A stretch of DNA of 23,758 nt from Chiloscyllium plagiosum. Taxonomy: Eukaryota. The notes under the pieces were generated by a model, which searched no databases, was not told where the DNA came from, and worked only from the letters and a program-made list of their open reading frames with translations. Numbering within the stretch: position 1 is the stretch's first letter; each line of letters begins with the position of its first letter. Below, piece by piece: positions 1-10,556 of the stretch. A program made the translations under genes and the position numbers. The stretch covers positions 18,561,689 through 18,585,446 of the forward strand of contig NC_057718.1 of assembly GCF_004010195.1 (NCBI RefSeq), read 5' to 3'.

Positions 1-195
1 ATGTACTGTGCTTAGGTTTTCAATCAGGATTTGATAGGGAATTCAAATATGAGAGATTCCATGGAGCAAGGTGGGGCAATGAATGTAAGAGGTTTGATAA
101 AACAGAGCAACAAAACCTACTGAGCCTGATAATGAGAAACTCTCCGAAAAACATGCGCAACTCTAATTTCGCCAATAAAAACACAGGATTCAGTC

Positions 196-910
196 CTGGG
201 AAATTAATAATGGAAAATAAGGAGATGTCTGAAGAATTGAACAGGTATTTTGTTTGAATTGTTACTGGAAAGGGTACAAGTAATATCTCAGTAATAGCCA
301 TAAATCAGGGAGGGACAAATGCAAGAAGATTACAATGACCAGGAAGTGGAACTGACTAAATTGTTGGAACTGCAACTTGACAAGTTGGTAGGTCCTGATG
401 GATGGCAGCCTAACTTCTTAAAATAAGTGGCTAGTGAGATAATTGATGCATTGGTTTTAATTTTCGAAAATGCCCTGGATTTAGATCAGGGTCCATTAGA
501 TTGGGAAGTAGCAAATAAAATTCCTTTATTCAAAGAGAAAATCAGACAGAGAGATTGAAACTGCAGGCTCCTTGGCTTAACATTTGTCATAAGAAAAATG
601 TTAGAAGCTATTTTGAAAGCCTCTATTATCAAAGTTATTATGGCAGGGCACATAAAATATTCATGGAAGTCAGGCAGAGTGAACTTGTTTTTGTGAAAGG
701 GTAATGGTGTTTAACCAATTAATTGGAGTTCTTTGAGGAAGTTATGTGCTGTGACTAAAGGGAAATCAGTAAAGGTACTGTGCTTAGATTTCAAGTCAGG
801 ATTTGTTAAGGTGATAGGTCAAAGGTAATTCTAGAAAATAAAAGCTTGTGGCATTGGAGTACCATTCTGGTATGGATAGAAGATTGGCAGCTGGCTAAAC
901 ATAAACAGGC
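196..910 (+). mobile_element. Decayed CR1-clade LINE ORF2 fragment (linker and RT N-terminal part)
   Basis: Manual translation gives GKLIMENKEMSEELNRYF, GPDGWQPNFLK*VASEIIDALVLIFENALD..PLDWEVANKIPLFK, NCRLLGLTFVIRKMLEAI, CLTN, LDFKSGFVKV and WIEDW. These match the CR1 ORF2 motifs GPDGLHPRVLKE, DWRVANVTPLFKKG, NYRPVSLTS and LDFQKAFDKV. Stops and frameshifts are present. Confidence 0.9.
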
Positions 911-1239
911 TTAAATGTGAGATTTTCTGTATGATAAATAAGGTGAGATGCTTTATAAGGCAATGGTTCTGAAAGAGTTAATTTTGAAGCTGCATTAAGC
1001 TCCATCCTATCTGAAACATCACACAGTCTTTCAGGGAAGATGGAGAAAGATGTCTCATCATTGACTCCAGACAGTTTTTGTCATTGTGCCTCACGAGCCA
1101 ATGTAACTTTTATCTATTGCTATCATGCAAGAAAATGTATCTTGTTATGTAAGCTGCGTGCCTTTTCACATTAAGACTCAATGCATGCCTGTCCTCTAAT
1201 TAGATAGGCCCTTCGACTCAGCATGGAAAGAAAGATTAA

Positions 1240-1320
1240 GGTTGTTGTGGCACAGTGGTAGTGCCCCAATATCTGGGCCAGGAGGCCTAGGTTCAAGTTC
1301 CACCCGCTCCATAAGTTTAT
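1240..1320 (+). mobile_element. tRNA-derived SINE head
   Basis: Pol III A box TGGCACAGTGG (1248-1258) and B box GGTTCAAGTTCC (1290-1301). No complete tRNA cloverleaf is seen. Confidence 0.65.
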
Positions 1321-1590
1321 TAGAAAATATCTAGACGGGATAGTTAGGTTGGAGTGCATCATCACTCCAGACTTTAGATCAACACAATTCTGTTCCAAGT
1401 GTGTAAGTTTCCAATAACTGTTTGATTTTGTTTCTGTAAGTACCCCAACAGAACTGCTTAACCTGTTAAAGTTCTTTTCAGAAAAGACTACAAAAGATGA
1501 TAGGCCTTTGGAAATTGTTGAGCACCTTGGAGACTGAGGTGCATCATGTCATAAAGCCATAGGGTAAAACAACATTCTTTGATTTGAACT

Positions 1591-1778
1591 GGGGGTCAGT
1601 TAGTTCATTTGGCTGGATAGCTGGTTTACAATGCAGAGTGACAGAGACAATTCTCATACTGACTGAGATTATCATGAAAGTACTGTCTTCCCAACCTGGC
1701 CCCTCATCTGAGGTGTGGTGACCCTCAGATATAACTCACCAACAGTCATCTGTCTCTAATGGGAAAATGAGACTTTTC
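1591..1778 (+). mobile_element. Old tRNA-derived SINE (family not named)
   Basis: Starts GGGGGTCAGT, then an A-box-like TAGTTCATTTGG. The body has a CTGAGGTGTGGTGACCCTCAG hairpin. It resembles a common shark SINE recalled from memory. The B box is lost. Confidence 0.6.
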
Positions 1779-1821
1779 TTATTTTGATTTGAGTAATTGA
1801 AACAGTCATTAATTAAATCAA

Positions 1822-2090
1822 TCTAGTCCGCCAGTGTCTTTTCTGGAGAAAGAAATCTGCTATCCTTATCTGACCTGACTTACTTGTGACTCCAGGCAAT
1901 ATGGTTGACTCTGAACTACCTCCTGTGAATGGCCCAGACAGCCATTAGTTATATCAAATGGCTTTAGAGATAAATCAAAGCACATCAAGAGGGCATCTCT
2001 CCCACATTTCCTTCAGGGCAGTTAGGGATGGGCAACAAATAGTGGCCATATGAGTAATACTACCACCTCATTTAAAGAATTAAATTAAAA
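1822..2090 (+). mobile_element. SINE body and LINE-derived 3' tail
   Basis: GAAAGAAATCTGCTATCCTTATCTG...GTGACTCCAG...TGGTTGACTCT...AGGGCAGTTAGGGATGGGCAACAAAT...TTAAAA resembles an abundant shark SINE with a CR1/L2-type tail (recalled consensus). Confidence 0.65.
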
Positions 2091-3382
2091 AGTACTGGGA
2101 TGGTAAGGTTGGTGAGTCAATTGAAAGAGGCAGGGAGGAAGTGGGTAATGGTTGCAGAATAAGTACAAGGACAAGGCAGTCTTTAAAATGGTTTCATTTT
2201 TATAGTAGTCAGGATTGAAAAGGGTTTGGTGCAAAGATCATGTAGTGAAGTTGGAAAACCAGAAGTGATTTTATAAAAGCTTCTGTGAATAGCAGGTACA
2301 GGCACAAAGGTAGCATTAGTTAAGGTCAGAAGTTGAATACTCTAAGATTCAAGTGATACATTCAATGAATATTAGTCAACTATTAACTTAATGAAGAAAG
2401 ACACTAAGACATAGCTTCAGTATCACTACTGTATATTTGTGCATATCACTACATATCAGAATAATTCATCATGGGTGAAATGCTTTGTGACATTTTCAAG
2501 AGATATGATGGGCTGCAGAAAAAATGATGTCCTCTGCAACTTTAGTTAAATCTTTGACAAATGCTCCAAATTTCTTGTGCTCAAGTTCATAAAAAGAATC
2601 AATATTTCTGGCATCAAAGACAGGATAGCTTTTGAAGTCAGAGGATGTGCAAACTCAATTTCTTTAGTAAATGATGGAGTGCGTGTCTGTGTCCAAACTG
2701 TGCTCAGCTTCTGAGGCTTTATGAAGGCTCTTCTGTTGTTGCGTAACAGCCGTTATGAAACATGTTGTCAGGCTCAGTCTGTTAAGGCAATAACTCATCA
2801 GTTGTTCTGAATTCCTGTGCATGAATGCATCAGCATCATAAGAACTTGAGTCTTGCTTTAATGAAGTGACTGCCTGTGCTTTTGAGTCTCAATTGCATTT
2901 GCAAAAGTTTGAATCACAGAGGTAAAGGATTCCTCTCACTGACTCCTGTCAAGGTCTCAAAGTGAATCAGACTTTGACATTGTCAATCTGATGCCAACCA
3001 AGTATGATTTTGGCACCCAATCTAGTCATCTCACGTAAGCGACAGTGACGTGAAGATTAATGAAAATGAGAAATGATTACTAATGGAGCAAAGTCATCTG
3101 CTTGAAGTTGCTACAACAGGGTAACTGAAAGCAAACAAATGCTTGTACAAATTTACTTCAACACACAGTCAGTGTTCACATTGAAAAAATGTTCAGTTTA
3201 GGATGCAAGATTTTCTCTGGTTACTACTTGTATTGGCACCATTTTTATATATTGAAGATTTTCACTTGCAATTAGCTACCAATTTGGCTTAGTTGACCGA
3301 ATTCTACTCCAAGACTCCAGAGAGCTGTACATTCAAGATCCATTAAAAACTTATAATTTACATGGAAATAGCTAGAAAACCC

Positions 3383-3692
3383 ATCCTGAAGAAAGGTCAC
3401 CCGAAATGTAAACTCTCGACAGATGCTGCCAGACCTGCTAAATTTTTCCCACAACGTGTTTTTGTTTCTGATTTCTAACATAGAGTCATAGAGTCATGGA
3501 GATGTACAGCAAGGGAACATCCCCTTCAGTTCAACCCATCCATGCCGACCAGATATCCCAACCCAATCTAGTCCCACCTACCAGCACCTGGCCCATATCC
3601 CTCCAAACCCTTCCTATTCATATCCCCATCCAGATGCCTTTTAAATGTTGCAATTGTTGCAACATCCTCAGTTCTTTGAGTTTTTGTTTCTA
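3383..3692 (+). mobile_element. Solo PLE terminal (pLTR) unit with degenerate hammerhead, interrupted by a HER1 LINE 3' end
   Basis: CTGAAGA(3386-3392)-AAGGTCACCC-GAAA, then CAGATGCTGCCAGACCTGCT...GATTTCTAACA (to 3480). It resumes at 3661 as AACATCCTCAGTTCTTTG. Same motif order as the other pLTR copies in the window. Confidence 0.75.
3481..3657 (-). mobile_element. 5'-truncated HER1/CR1 LINE 3' end
   Basis: TAGAGTCA-repeat tail and TCCATGCCGACCAGATATCCCAACCCAATCTAGTCCCA...CCCATATCCCTCCAAACC, the reverse complement of the 3' UTR also seen at 12000-12157. Possible AACAT TSD at 3477-3481 and 3661-3665. Confidence 0.9.
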
Positions 3693-3887
3693 TAATTTAA
3701 ATTGAAACATCAAGAATAAGGAAGCATTGCATTGAGTCCTCCACTAATAGAAAAGTTAATTTTGTCATTCATCTTGTTGCTGGTTTTTCTTTGCACGAAT
3801 GGCTCTTTGTTGGTCTACACAATAGACATGACTACTATCAAAAGTACATCCCCACCCCCTCACCCATCCATTTTGTGTCAATGGTCC

Positions 3888-4970
3888 TAAGACCATACAA
3901 ACATAGCAAATAAGAACAGAAGTAAACTATTCAGCCCCTCAAGGATACTTGGCTATTCCCTGAGATCATGGCTAATCTGTTTATGACTCATATTCCACAT
4001 TCCTATGTATCCCTGATAGCCTTTAATACCTTTATCTAATGAGAATCTATCAACCTTCAAAATATTTAATGATCCTGCTTGCCTCCATTGTCTTCTGAGG
4101 CAGAGAATTCCAAGTTCGCACAACCTTTTGAGAGAAAACAAAATCCACATTACAGACTTGAAAGGGCCACGCTTAAATTTTCATACAGTGGCCCCTAGTT
4201 CTGAACTGATCCAAATGGGGAGCACCCTTTCCATGTCCCAATGTCAATACCATTCAAGATCCTGTGCAGTTCAATCAAGTGACCTTTGCTTTTCTAACAT
4301 CTAGTGGACTCATTCCTAGCTTGTAAAATCTTTCCCCAAAATACAACCGATTCACTCTAGGCATCAATCTGGGAAACTTCTTCTGAACTACATCCAATAG
4401 AATTACATCCTTCCTTAAATAAGAAGACCAAAACTGCACATAGTGTTTGAAAAGGCATCTCACCATTGAGTCATAGAGCATTGAAACAGGCCCTTTAGCG
4501 CCGCTGTCTTTGCCAACCAACAAACACCAGTCCACACTAATCCCATTTACCTGCACTTGGTCCATAGTCTACTTATTGCCCTTGCATTTTAAGTGCTCAC
4601 CCAGATGCTTCTTAAATGTTGTGAGAGTATGTGCCTCCACCACTCTCTCTGGCAACACATGCCGTATTTCTACCACCTCATGGATAAAAGAAACCCCCAA
4701 ATCTCCTCCTAACCCATTTACTCCTCACCTTAAACTCACGTCCTCTGGTCTTACACACATCTGTCACGCGGATCAGATTCTCACAATGTCCCCTATCTTT
4801 GCCTCTCATAATTTCGTATACCTCAATTAGATCCCCTCTCAGCCTCCTCTACTCTAAACAACACAAACCCAGCCTCTGCCATAACTGAGACTTTCCATCG
4901 CAGGCAATATTCTCACATCCTCTCCTTTCGATGAAGTGGCTCTGTATAACTGAAGCACAACATCCTTACT
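3888..4970 (-). mobile_element. Old CR1 LINE 3' portion (3888-4465 and 4938-4970), split by a nested CR1
   Basis: CR1 tail at 3888. The minus-strand ORF 4275-4565 contains VRCLFKHYVQFWSSYLRKDVILLDVVQKKFPRLMP, similar to the CR1 motif [32 protein letters not shown]. The element resumes after the insert at 4938. Confidence 0.85.
4466..4927 (-). mobile_element. HER1/CR1-type LINE 3' end nested in an older CR1
   Basis: Begins with a new tail GAGTCATAGAGCATTGAAACAGGCCCTT directly after CATCTCACCA of the host element. The 3' UTR and ORF2-end sequence are similar to 19129-19702. Confidence 0.8.
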
Positions 4971-5337
4971 TAGCTGACTGTTCTTTCAGAATGTGTTCAT
5001 TTTGGACATGAAAGACCAGTAGGTCATTGGCTGGAAGATGTTGATCATTCTTTTATTCCTACCTTGGAGAATTTTTATCACATGAATCTCTTTCATTAAG
5101 GAGTTGGTTGATTGTTGATGTTGCTGCCGGCAGTCTACTACCTTATCTGGAGGATGTTTGATCTCATCAATGTCCTTCATGGAAGACAATTGTATGGATG
5201 AAAGAAGTGCTTTTAGCTTCAATACCATGTACCAGACTGGTCCCTCTCAAGAGACTGGTGCTATTGACATTCTCTATCATGGTCTGTGTTTTTTTGCCTG
5301 GTATAGAAGATTTCTTTTGCATTCATGTCTTCAGTGG

Positions 5338-5462
5338 GAGAAAGTGAGGACTGCAGATGCTGGAGATCAGAGCTGAAAAATATGTTGCTGGAAAAGCGCA
5401 GCAGGTCAGGCAGCATCCAAGGAGCAGGAGAATCAACATTTCGGGCATAAGCCCTTCTTCAG
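5338..5462 (-). mobile_element. Solo PLE pLTR / hammerhead unit (~125 bp) with 10-bp TSD
   Basis: The minus strand reads CTGAAGA-A-GGGC-TTAT-GCCC-GAAATGTTG...GCTGCCTGACCTGCT...CTCCAGCATCTGCAGTCCTCACTTTCTC. TCTTCAGTGG is duplicated at 5328-5337 and 5456-5465. Confidence 0.9.
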
Positions 5463-6164
5463 TGGTATTGACTGTTCTTTATCAGCACCATGTATAGCAG
5501 ATTGTTGGGATGTCAAGTCTTATGTAATTAAATGTTCTTCAATAGTCTCAACTGGACTGCAATGCTTAATTCTAGCAACACAGGTTGGCTGTCATCTCTC
5601 AGGTTTTGTTGACATTTATCCCCTGAGAATTATTCAGTGGCTTGAGGGATGGGAAACATTTTCTGTAGCCCTGTGAAATCAATGGTTTCTTCCATACTGA
5701 TTGTGTGAAACTGATAAGCATTTCTGCTGCTTGAAACAACATAATTGATTTCTGAAGGTTCAGTCTTCTTTTCAGGTTCAGCTATTAGTCTTGGAGAGCC
5801 TATGGAATCATCCCCTGGTTGTGATTTCCCAGGACTATTGATGATTGCTTTTTATGAAGTGGTTGAATGACATCAATGAATTGCGGGTTGTGGAGGGCAA
5901 AGCACACATCATTACTCACCAGTTAGCTCTGTTGGCTCTAGATGACATATACATTCTCAAAGCCCTGGTATTCTATTTGCTGGAGTGAAACTCCCCTCAT
6001 TTCTTTAATCTGAGGAGCTTTTCGCCTGCGCGACTGTACCTACAACTTCATAGGCTGGAACTTTATGTGTTTTAGATAAGGTTTCCAATTCAATAAGGCA
6101 GTTATACTCACCCCATATCAAATTTAACTGAGTAAGGTGTTCATTAATCTAAAAAAGTTCAGTC

Positions 6165-6566
6165 AATAAGGCATAGGAGCAGAAGTAGGCTATTCAGGCC
6201 ATTGAGTCTGCTCTGCCATTTGGTGAAATCATAATTTATCTGATAATCTTCAACTTCATTTTCCTGCCTTTTCTCCATACTCCACAATTCCCTTACCCAT
6301 TAAACATCTATCCATGTCAGCTTTGAATATATGCAATGGTGTAGCCCTCCAATGTAAAGAATTCCACAGATTTACTACCCTCTAAAGGAAGTAATTCCCC
6401 CTCATCTTACTCTGAGATTATACCCTCTAGTTCTAGGAGGTCCCATAGAAGAAACAACCTCTCAGCATCCATTCTGTCATGTCCCCTAAGAATCTCACAG
6501 GTTTCATTAAGGTCACCTGTCATTCTTCAAAGCCAACAAGTACAGGCCCAACCTACTCAAACTTTC
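6165..6566 (-). mobile_element. CR1 LINE 3' end
   Basis: ATAGGAGCAGAAGTAGGCTATTCAGGCCATTGAGTCTGCTCTGCCATT tail plus AAAGAATTCCACAGATT and CCCTCTAGTTCTAG motifs, shared with 3888-4465 and 8718-9347. Confidence 0.85.
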
Positions 6567-7378
6567 ATTTCCATTTTATTTCTAAAAGCAGTCTTTGTTA
6601 ATTCTGTCCCACTGTTGAACTATGATACATTTTTCTAATAAATTGTATTTACTTGTTGTTCTATATTAATTTACTGATTCCAGCATATTCTTTTTCTTGG
6701 AAAGCACCTGTGTTTTGAGAATTGTTTAGAGCCTTAAATTACTATCTGTTACAATATCCTTTTAATAAAACTTTTAAGACTCCTGTAAGTGTTTCAAAGT
6801 TTGTAAAGCCTGTTAAATACTTTGTTCTGGTCAATTAGAATAAACTTCCAGATTCTAGGAATCCCACCTTTTGCTTCTTCCTGGTAAGATTCCAACCATT
6901 TTGAACAAAATGGAGCGTTTCTCTTTTGCTGGCATCACACATTCTTTTTTGCACTACATGTTCTATCTTTCATTTTTGTAAAAAAACAATTCTTCAAAAT
7001 CACTTGTTTGGTTTAAATCTTCTCAAATCTAATACTGCCACTTTCAATAAGATTTTATGTTATGGCACCATGGTTAAGAAGTTTTCTGTTGCTTGTTCTA
7101 GCATCATTTACAGTGATAACAATATTCTTTTTAATGTTAAGTACTTTCTTTCTCCCTTATGTTAAATTTCAGCCCAGGATTCCATCATTGTTCTCTACCC
7201 TTTCCCTAAGAGACTTAGCTTAGAGCTGGAGTCCAACATCATCAGCTTCTCTGCAAGATTGGGACTCAGATCTGCACTTTTACTGCCCAGGTGTGACTAT
7301 TCCTAACAGAAACTGGGTTCTCATCCCAGGACTGGCTGCTGTTTTGCTTCAGAGTGCAGCTGCCAGCTGTTACATGTT

Positions 7379-7414
7379 CCTGTGCTCACTGATGTCCCTG
7401 TGCTCACTGATGTC
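7379..7414. repeat. Perfect 18-bp tandem duplication
   Basis: CCTGTGCTCACTGATGTC at 7379-7396 and 7397-7414, within a probable decayed L2 fragment. Confidence 0.95.
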
Positions 7415-7653
7415 CATTTAAACACTTTCAATTGCTTACTGAGTAGCTTCTCCTTTCTTAAAGGTGTATGCACGTACTCTAGTAACTCATACTTTTGCAG
7501 AAATTTCTCTGTTCCTCTCCTTTCAGATTCTTCTTACCACTGGTCTCTTTGTGGTGTTGTTCAAACCCACATTACTGCTCATCATGCAATAATAATGATG
7601 GTAAGACCTGGGTACCTCACATCAAGACGTACCACCAATCCTGTGCATTCTAG

Positions 7654-7763
7654 TAGTTTGTGGTGAAGGATGGACCATGGATTAGTCAAAACATTAACTG
7701 TGCTTTCTCTCCACAGATGCTGCCAGACCTGCAGAGTTTCTCCAGCAATTTCTGTTTTTGTTT
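7654..7763 (+). mobile_element. Solo PLE pLTR unit (second family), hammerhead degenerate
   Basis: ...CAAAACATTAACTGTGCTTTCTCTCCACAGATGCTGCCAGACCTGCAGAGTTTCTCCAGCAATTTCTGTTTTTGTTT is the reverse complement of the PLE termini at 12632-12700 and 17233-17280. Confidence 0.8.
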
Positions 7764-8017
7764 GGTGCAGCAGTAATACGAGCCTGGCAGCTCTGTCTGA
7801 GGGGCAAAATGCAATAACATAAATGCAAGGCAGAGATGCTGTAAACATCCAGGTAAGCACAGAGTGAGCGAGCACTATGACAGCAAGCGAATCATTTGGA
7901 ATTGCAGCCTGGTCTGGCCCATAAGTGCACAGTGCCCTTGCTGCAGCATTACAATGGTAGTTGCTAGTGCATTCCAACATGAAGCTTTGAAGTGTAGAAG
8001 CTTCCTGCAAGTGGATT

Positions 8018-8250
8018 TGAAATAACTCCACAGAGGCCAGTATCCCGTCACCAAGTCATCCTTTCTTTACACGTGGAGAGTCCTTGACACTGATCCAGTT
8101 CCCTCAGAGCCAGTTTTCAGAGGAACAAAACTTCTGACCCTCCTGTTTATATCTGTCAGCCAGGGCTGCCTGTTTGGGCCAGATTAACAGCCCCAGTCAG
8201 GAAACTCATTTCCATGAGGTCCACTTGCCGACCTCATTACAATCACTATA
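8018..8250 (-). mobile_element. Solo LTR (233 bp, Gypsy-type) with 4-bp TSD
   Basis: One terminus is intact (TG at 8018) and the other reads ACTATA, one change from ACTACA. GATT flanks both sides (8014-8017 and 8251-8254). A TATA-like GATATAAAC lies on the minus strand at 8145-8153. Confidence 0.85.
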
Positions 8251-8717
8251 GATTAGAGACTTGCCATGAGGTTTCTTGGAAGTTGGCACATGTCGGATGC
8301 CAATGTCCTTGGAATTTGGTTGCACATGGCTAGTGTCCATAGAACATTCCCTGAGATGTTAGTGCCAATATTGAACCTGGAGGTCCCTTGGAGCAAGTAG
8401 CAAGCTGAGGTCATTGGGTGCCCTCATTACAAATAATAATTTGTTACTGTCTAGTTAGTTTGGAGCATTTGGTAAGATTGGAAGCTTACTGAGATGAGGA
8501 GGGCTGCTAACAAGACATTTAAGAGGCTTTAATTCACCATTGCCTAGCAAGAAACTCTCCATGCCTCTTGTCAAAAGCATAAAAGATGTAGCAAGATGAT
8601 TATGATGTTGCAATGGCCTCGCTGGACACGTTGAGTGATACTGTCACATATCTCGCCATAGCCTTGTCCAGACCTTTATGAGCTTCATGTGAGCAACTAG
8701 TTACAGATAACATTAAT

Positions 8718-9347
8718 ATGACAAGACCATAAGGCCATCAGAGATATGAACAGGAGTAGGCCATTCTGCCTCTCAAGACTGCTCCACCATTCAATAAGGT
8801 CATGACTGATCTGATATTCCTCATGTCCGCTTTCCTGCATTTCCCCTGTAACTCTTGATTGCCCTATTGAATCTATCTATCTTACCATTAAATATATGCA
8901 AGGTTTCTGCTCCCACAGTGCTCTGTGGCAAGAGAGAAGAAATTCTCCTTTTCTCTGTCTTAAATGGGCATCCCTTTATTCTGAGACTATGCCCTCTGGT
9001 CCTAGACTCTCCCATGAGGGGAAACATCCTCTTAGCATTTACCCTGACAAGTTAGATAAGAATTGTATATGTTTCAGTAAGATTACCTCTCACTCTTGAG
9101 TAGAGTCCAATGATTAGAATCACAACTTGTTCAGCCTTTGCTCAAAAGGCAATCCTTCCATACCAGGGTCTTCCCGGTGAATGTTCTCTGAACTGAATCT
9201 AACAAAATAACATCTCTCCTTAAATTATAGGATAAAACTGCTCACAGTCATCCAGAAGTGGTCTCCAGCACCTTGTACAGCTGCAGTAAGATTTCCCTAC
9301 TCTTATACTCCAACCCCCTTGAAATAAGGGCCAACATTGTATGAGCG
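8718..9347 (-). mobile_element. CR1 LINE 3' end (ORF2 C-terminus and 3' UTR)
   Basis: ORF 8821-9027 (MFPLMGESRTRGHSLRIKGCPFKTEKRR) is the classic CR1 ORF2 C-terminus. The tail is at 8718-8790. Confidence 0.92.
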
Positions 9348-9399
9348 TTGTTAGAAAGCTTTTGAGAAGATCCGGATGTTAGGTCTTAATCCTTTGAGG

Positions 9400-10006
9400 T
9401 CCTTGAGTTCAGACATAGGGATGTCTTTCTGAAGTTATACAGGGCCTTATTGAGGCCACACCTGGAGTATTGTCTGCAATGTTTGGTCTCCCTATCTAAG
9501 AAAGGATATACTTGCCATAGAAAGAGTGCAGCAAACATGCACTGGGCTAATATTAGGGATGTCAGGACAGTTCAACAAGAAGAGATTGGTTTGACTTGGT
9601 CTGTATCTAGTAGAGCTCAGAAGGATGTGAGGGAATCTAAATGTAATGTAAAAAATTCTAACAGGCTGGACTGATTAGATGCAGGGAGAATGTTTTCTGT
9701 AGGTGGGGAGTCTAGAACCAGCAGATACAATCTCAAGATATGGGGTAGACCATTTAGGATTGAGATGAAGCAAGTTTTCTTCACTCAAAGTGTAGTGAAC
9801 CTGTGGAATTCTCTACCACAGAAGGCTGTGGAGGCTAATTCAAGGAAGAGATAGATAACCCTTATTGTCTTTAAAACCTAGAAATTTATCAGGAAAAAGC
9901 GAGAATATGACATTGAAATAGAGGATCAGACATAATTATATTGAATAGCCAGGCAGGCTTGAAGGGCTAAATGGCCTCCTGCTGCTCCCAGTTTCTATGT
10001 CTCTAA
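9400..10006 (+). mobile_element. CR1 LINE 3' end
   Basis: LKLYRALLRPHLEYCLQ, then GESRT and VVNLWNSLPQKAVEA. Ends GAAGGGCTAAATGGCCTCCTGCTGCTCCCAGTTTCTATGTCTCTAAG. Confidence 0.92.
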
Positions 10007-10273
10007 GTGTTCTGCTTACAAATCTATACTCTATTATCATAATATGTGATGCTTAAGGCAGTCATCTGTATTAACCCTTTCAGATGCTTGATTAGGAATG
10101 ATTATTAGAGTGACTATTAGGAATGAGCAGAAAATTGCACACAGTAAGTAGTTATGCTGGGTTGTAAGATGGAGATGTGAAAAGGTCAATAGGAAGGCAA
10201 AACTTTGGTTTAAAATGAAGGCACCTGCTCCCTCACTGTTCTCTGGCCACTAATTGGTCAATTTAGGGGAAAG

Positions 10274-10404
10274 AGGGAGAAAGTGAAGACTGCAGATGCT
10301 GGAGAGTCAGAGTTGAAAAGAGTGATGCTGGAAAAAGTACAGCAGGTTGGGCAGCGTCTGAGGAGCAGGAGATGTGACATTTCGGGCATAAACATTTCAT
10401 CAGG
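10274..10404 (-). mobile_element. Solo PLE pLTR / hammerhead unit (~131 bp) with 14-bp TSD
   Basis: Homologous to 5338-5462. Minus-strand core CTGATGA-AATGTTTATGCCC-GAAATGTC. AATTTAGGGGAAAG is perfectly duplicated at 10260-10273 and 10405-10418. Confidence 0.9.
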
Positions 10405-10556
10405 AATTTAGGGGAAAGTCGCATGAATGACTGTGCGGGGCTCTGACCTCCAATTAGGCCTGATGTTGGGATCCTGAGCTCCCTGAGATAAATCCTGAGA
10501 ATAAAATGGGCTGGGGAAAAATTTATTCACTTGTGGGATCTGGTCAATAGGGAAGG

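Noticed and set aside
1240..1320. tRNA gene (also the heads at 13440-13520 and 18749-18810)
   Set aside because: A and B boxes are present, but there is no acceptor stem or cloverleaf. The latter two continue into SINE bodies.
2100..2535. Very old CR1 tail and Deu-SINE tail traces (also 3790-3850)
   Set aside because: The resemblance is too faint to delimit without an alignment.
6570..7165. T-rich stretch as an L1-type or other transposon remnant
   Set aside because: No motif could be recognised in any frame. Left unassigned.
9350..9395. Short spacer resembling the terminus of another PLE family (TTTTGAGAAGAT)
   Set aside because: Too short to support a call.
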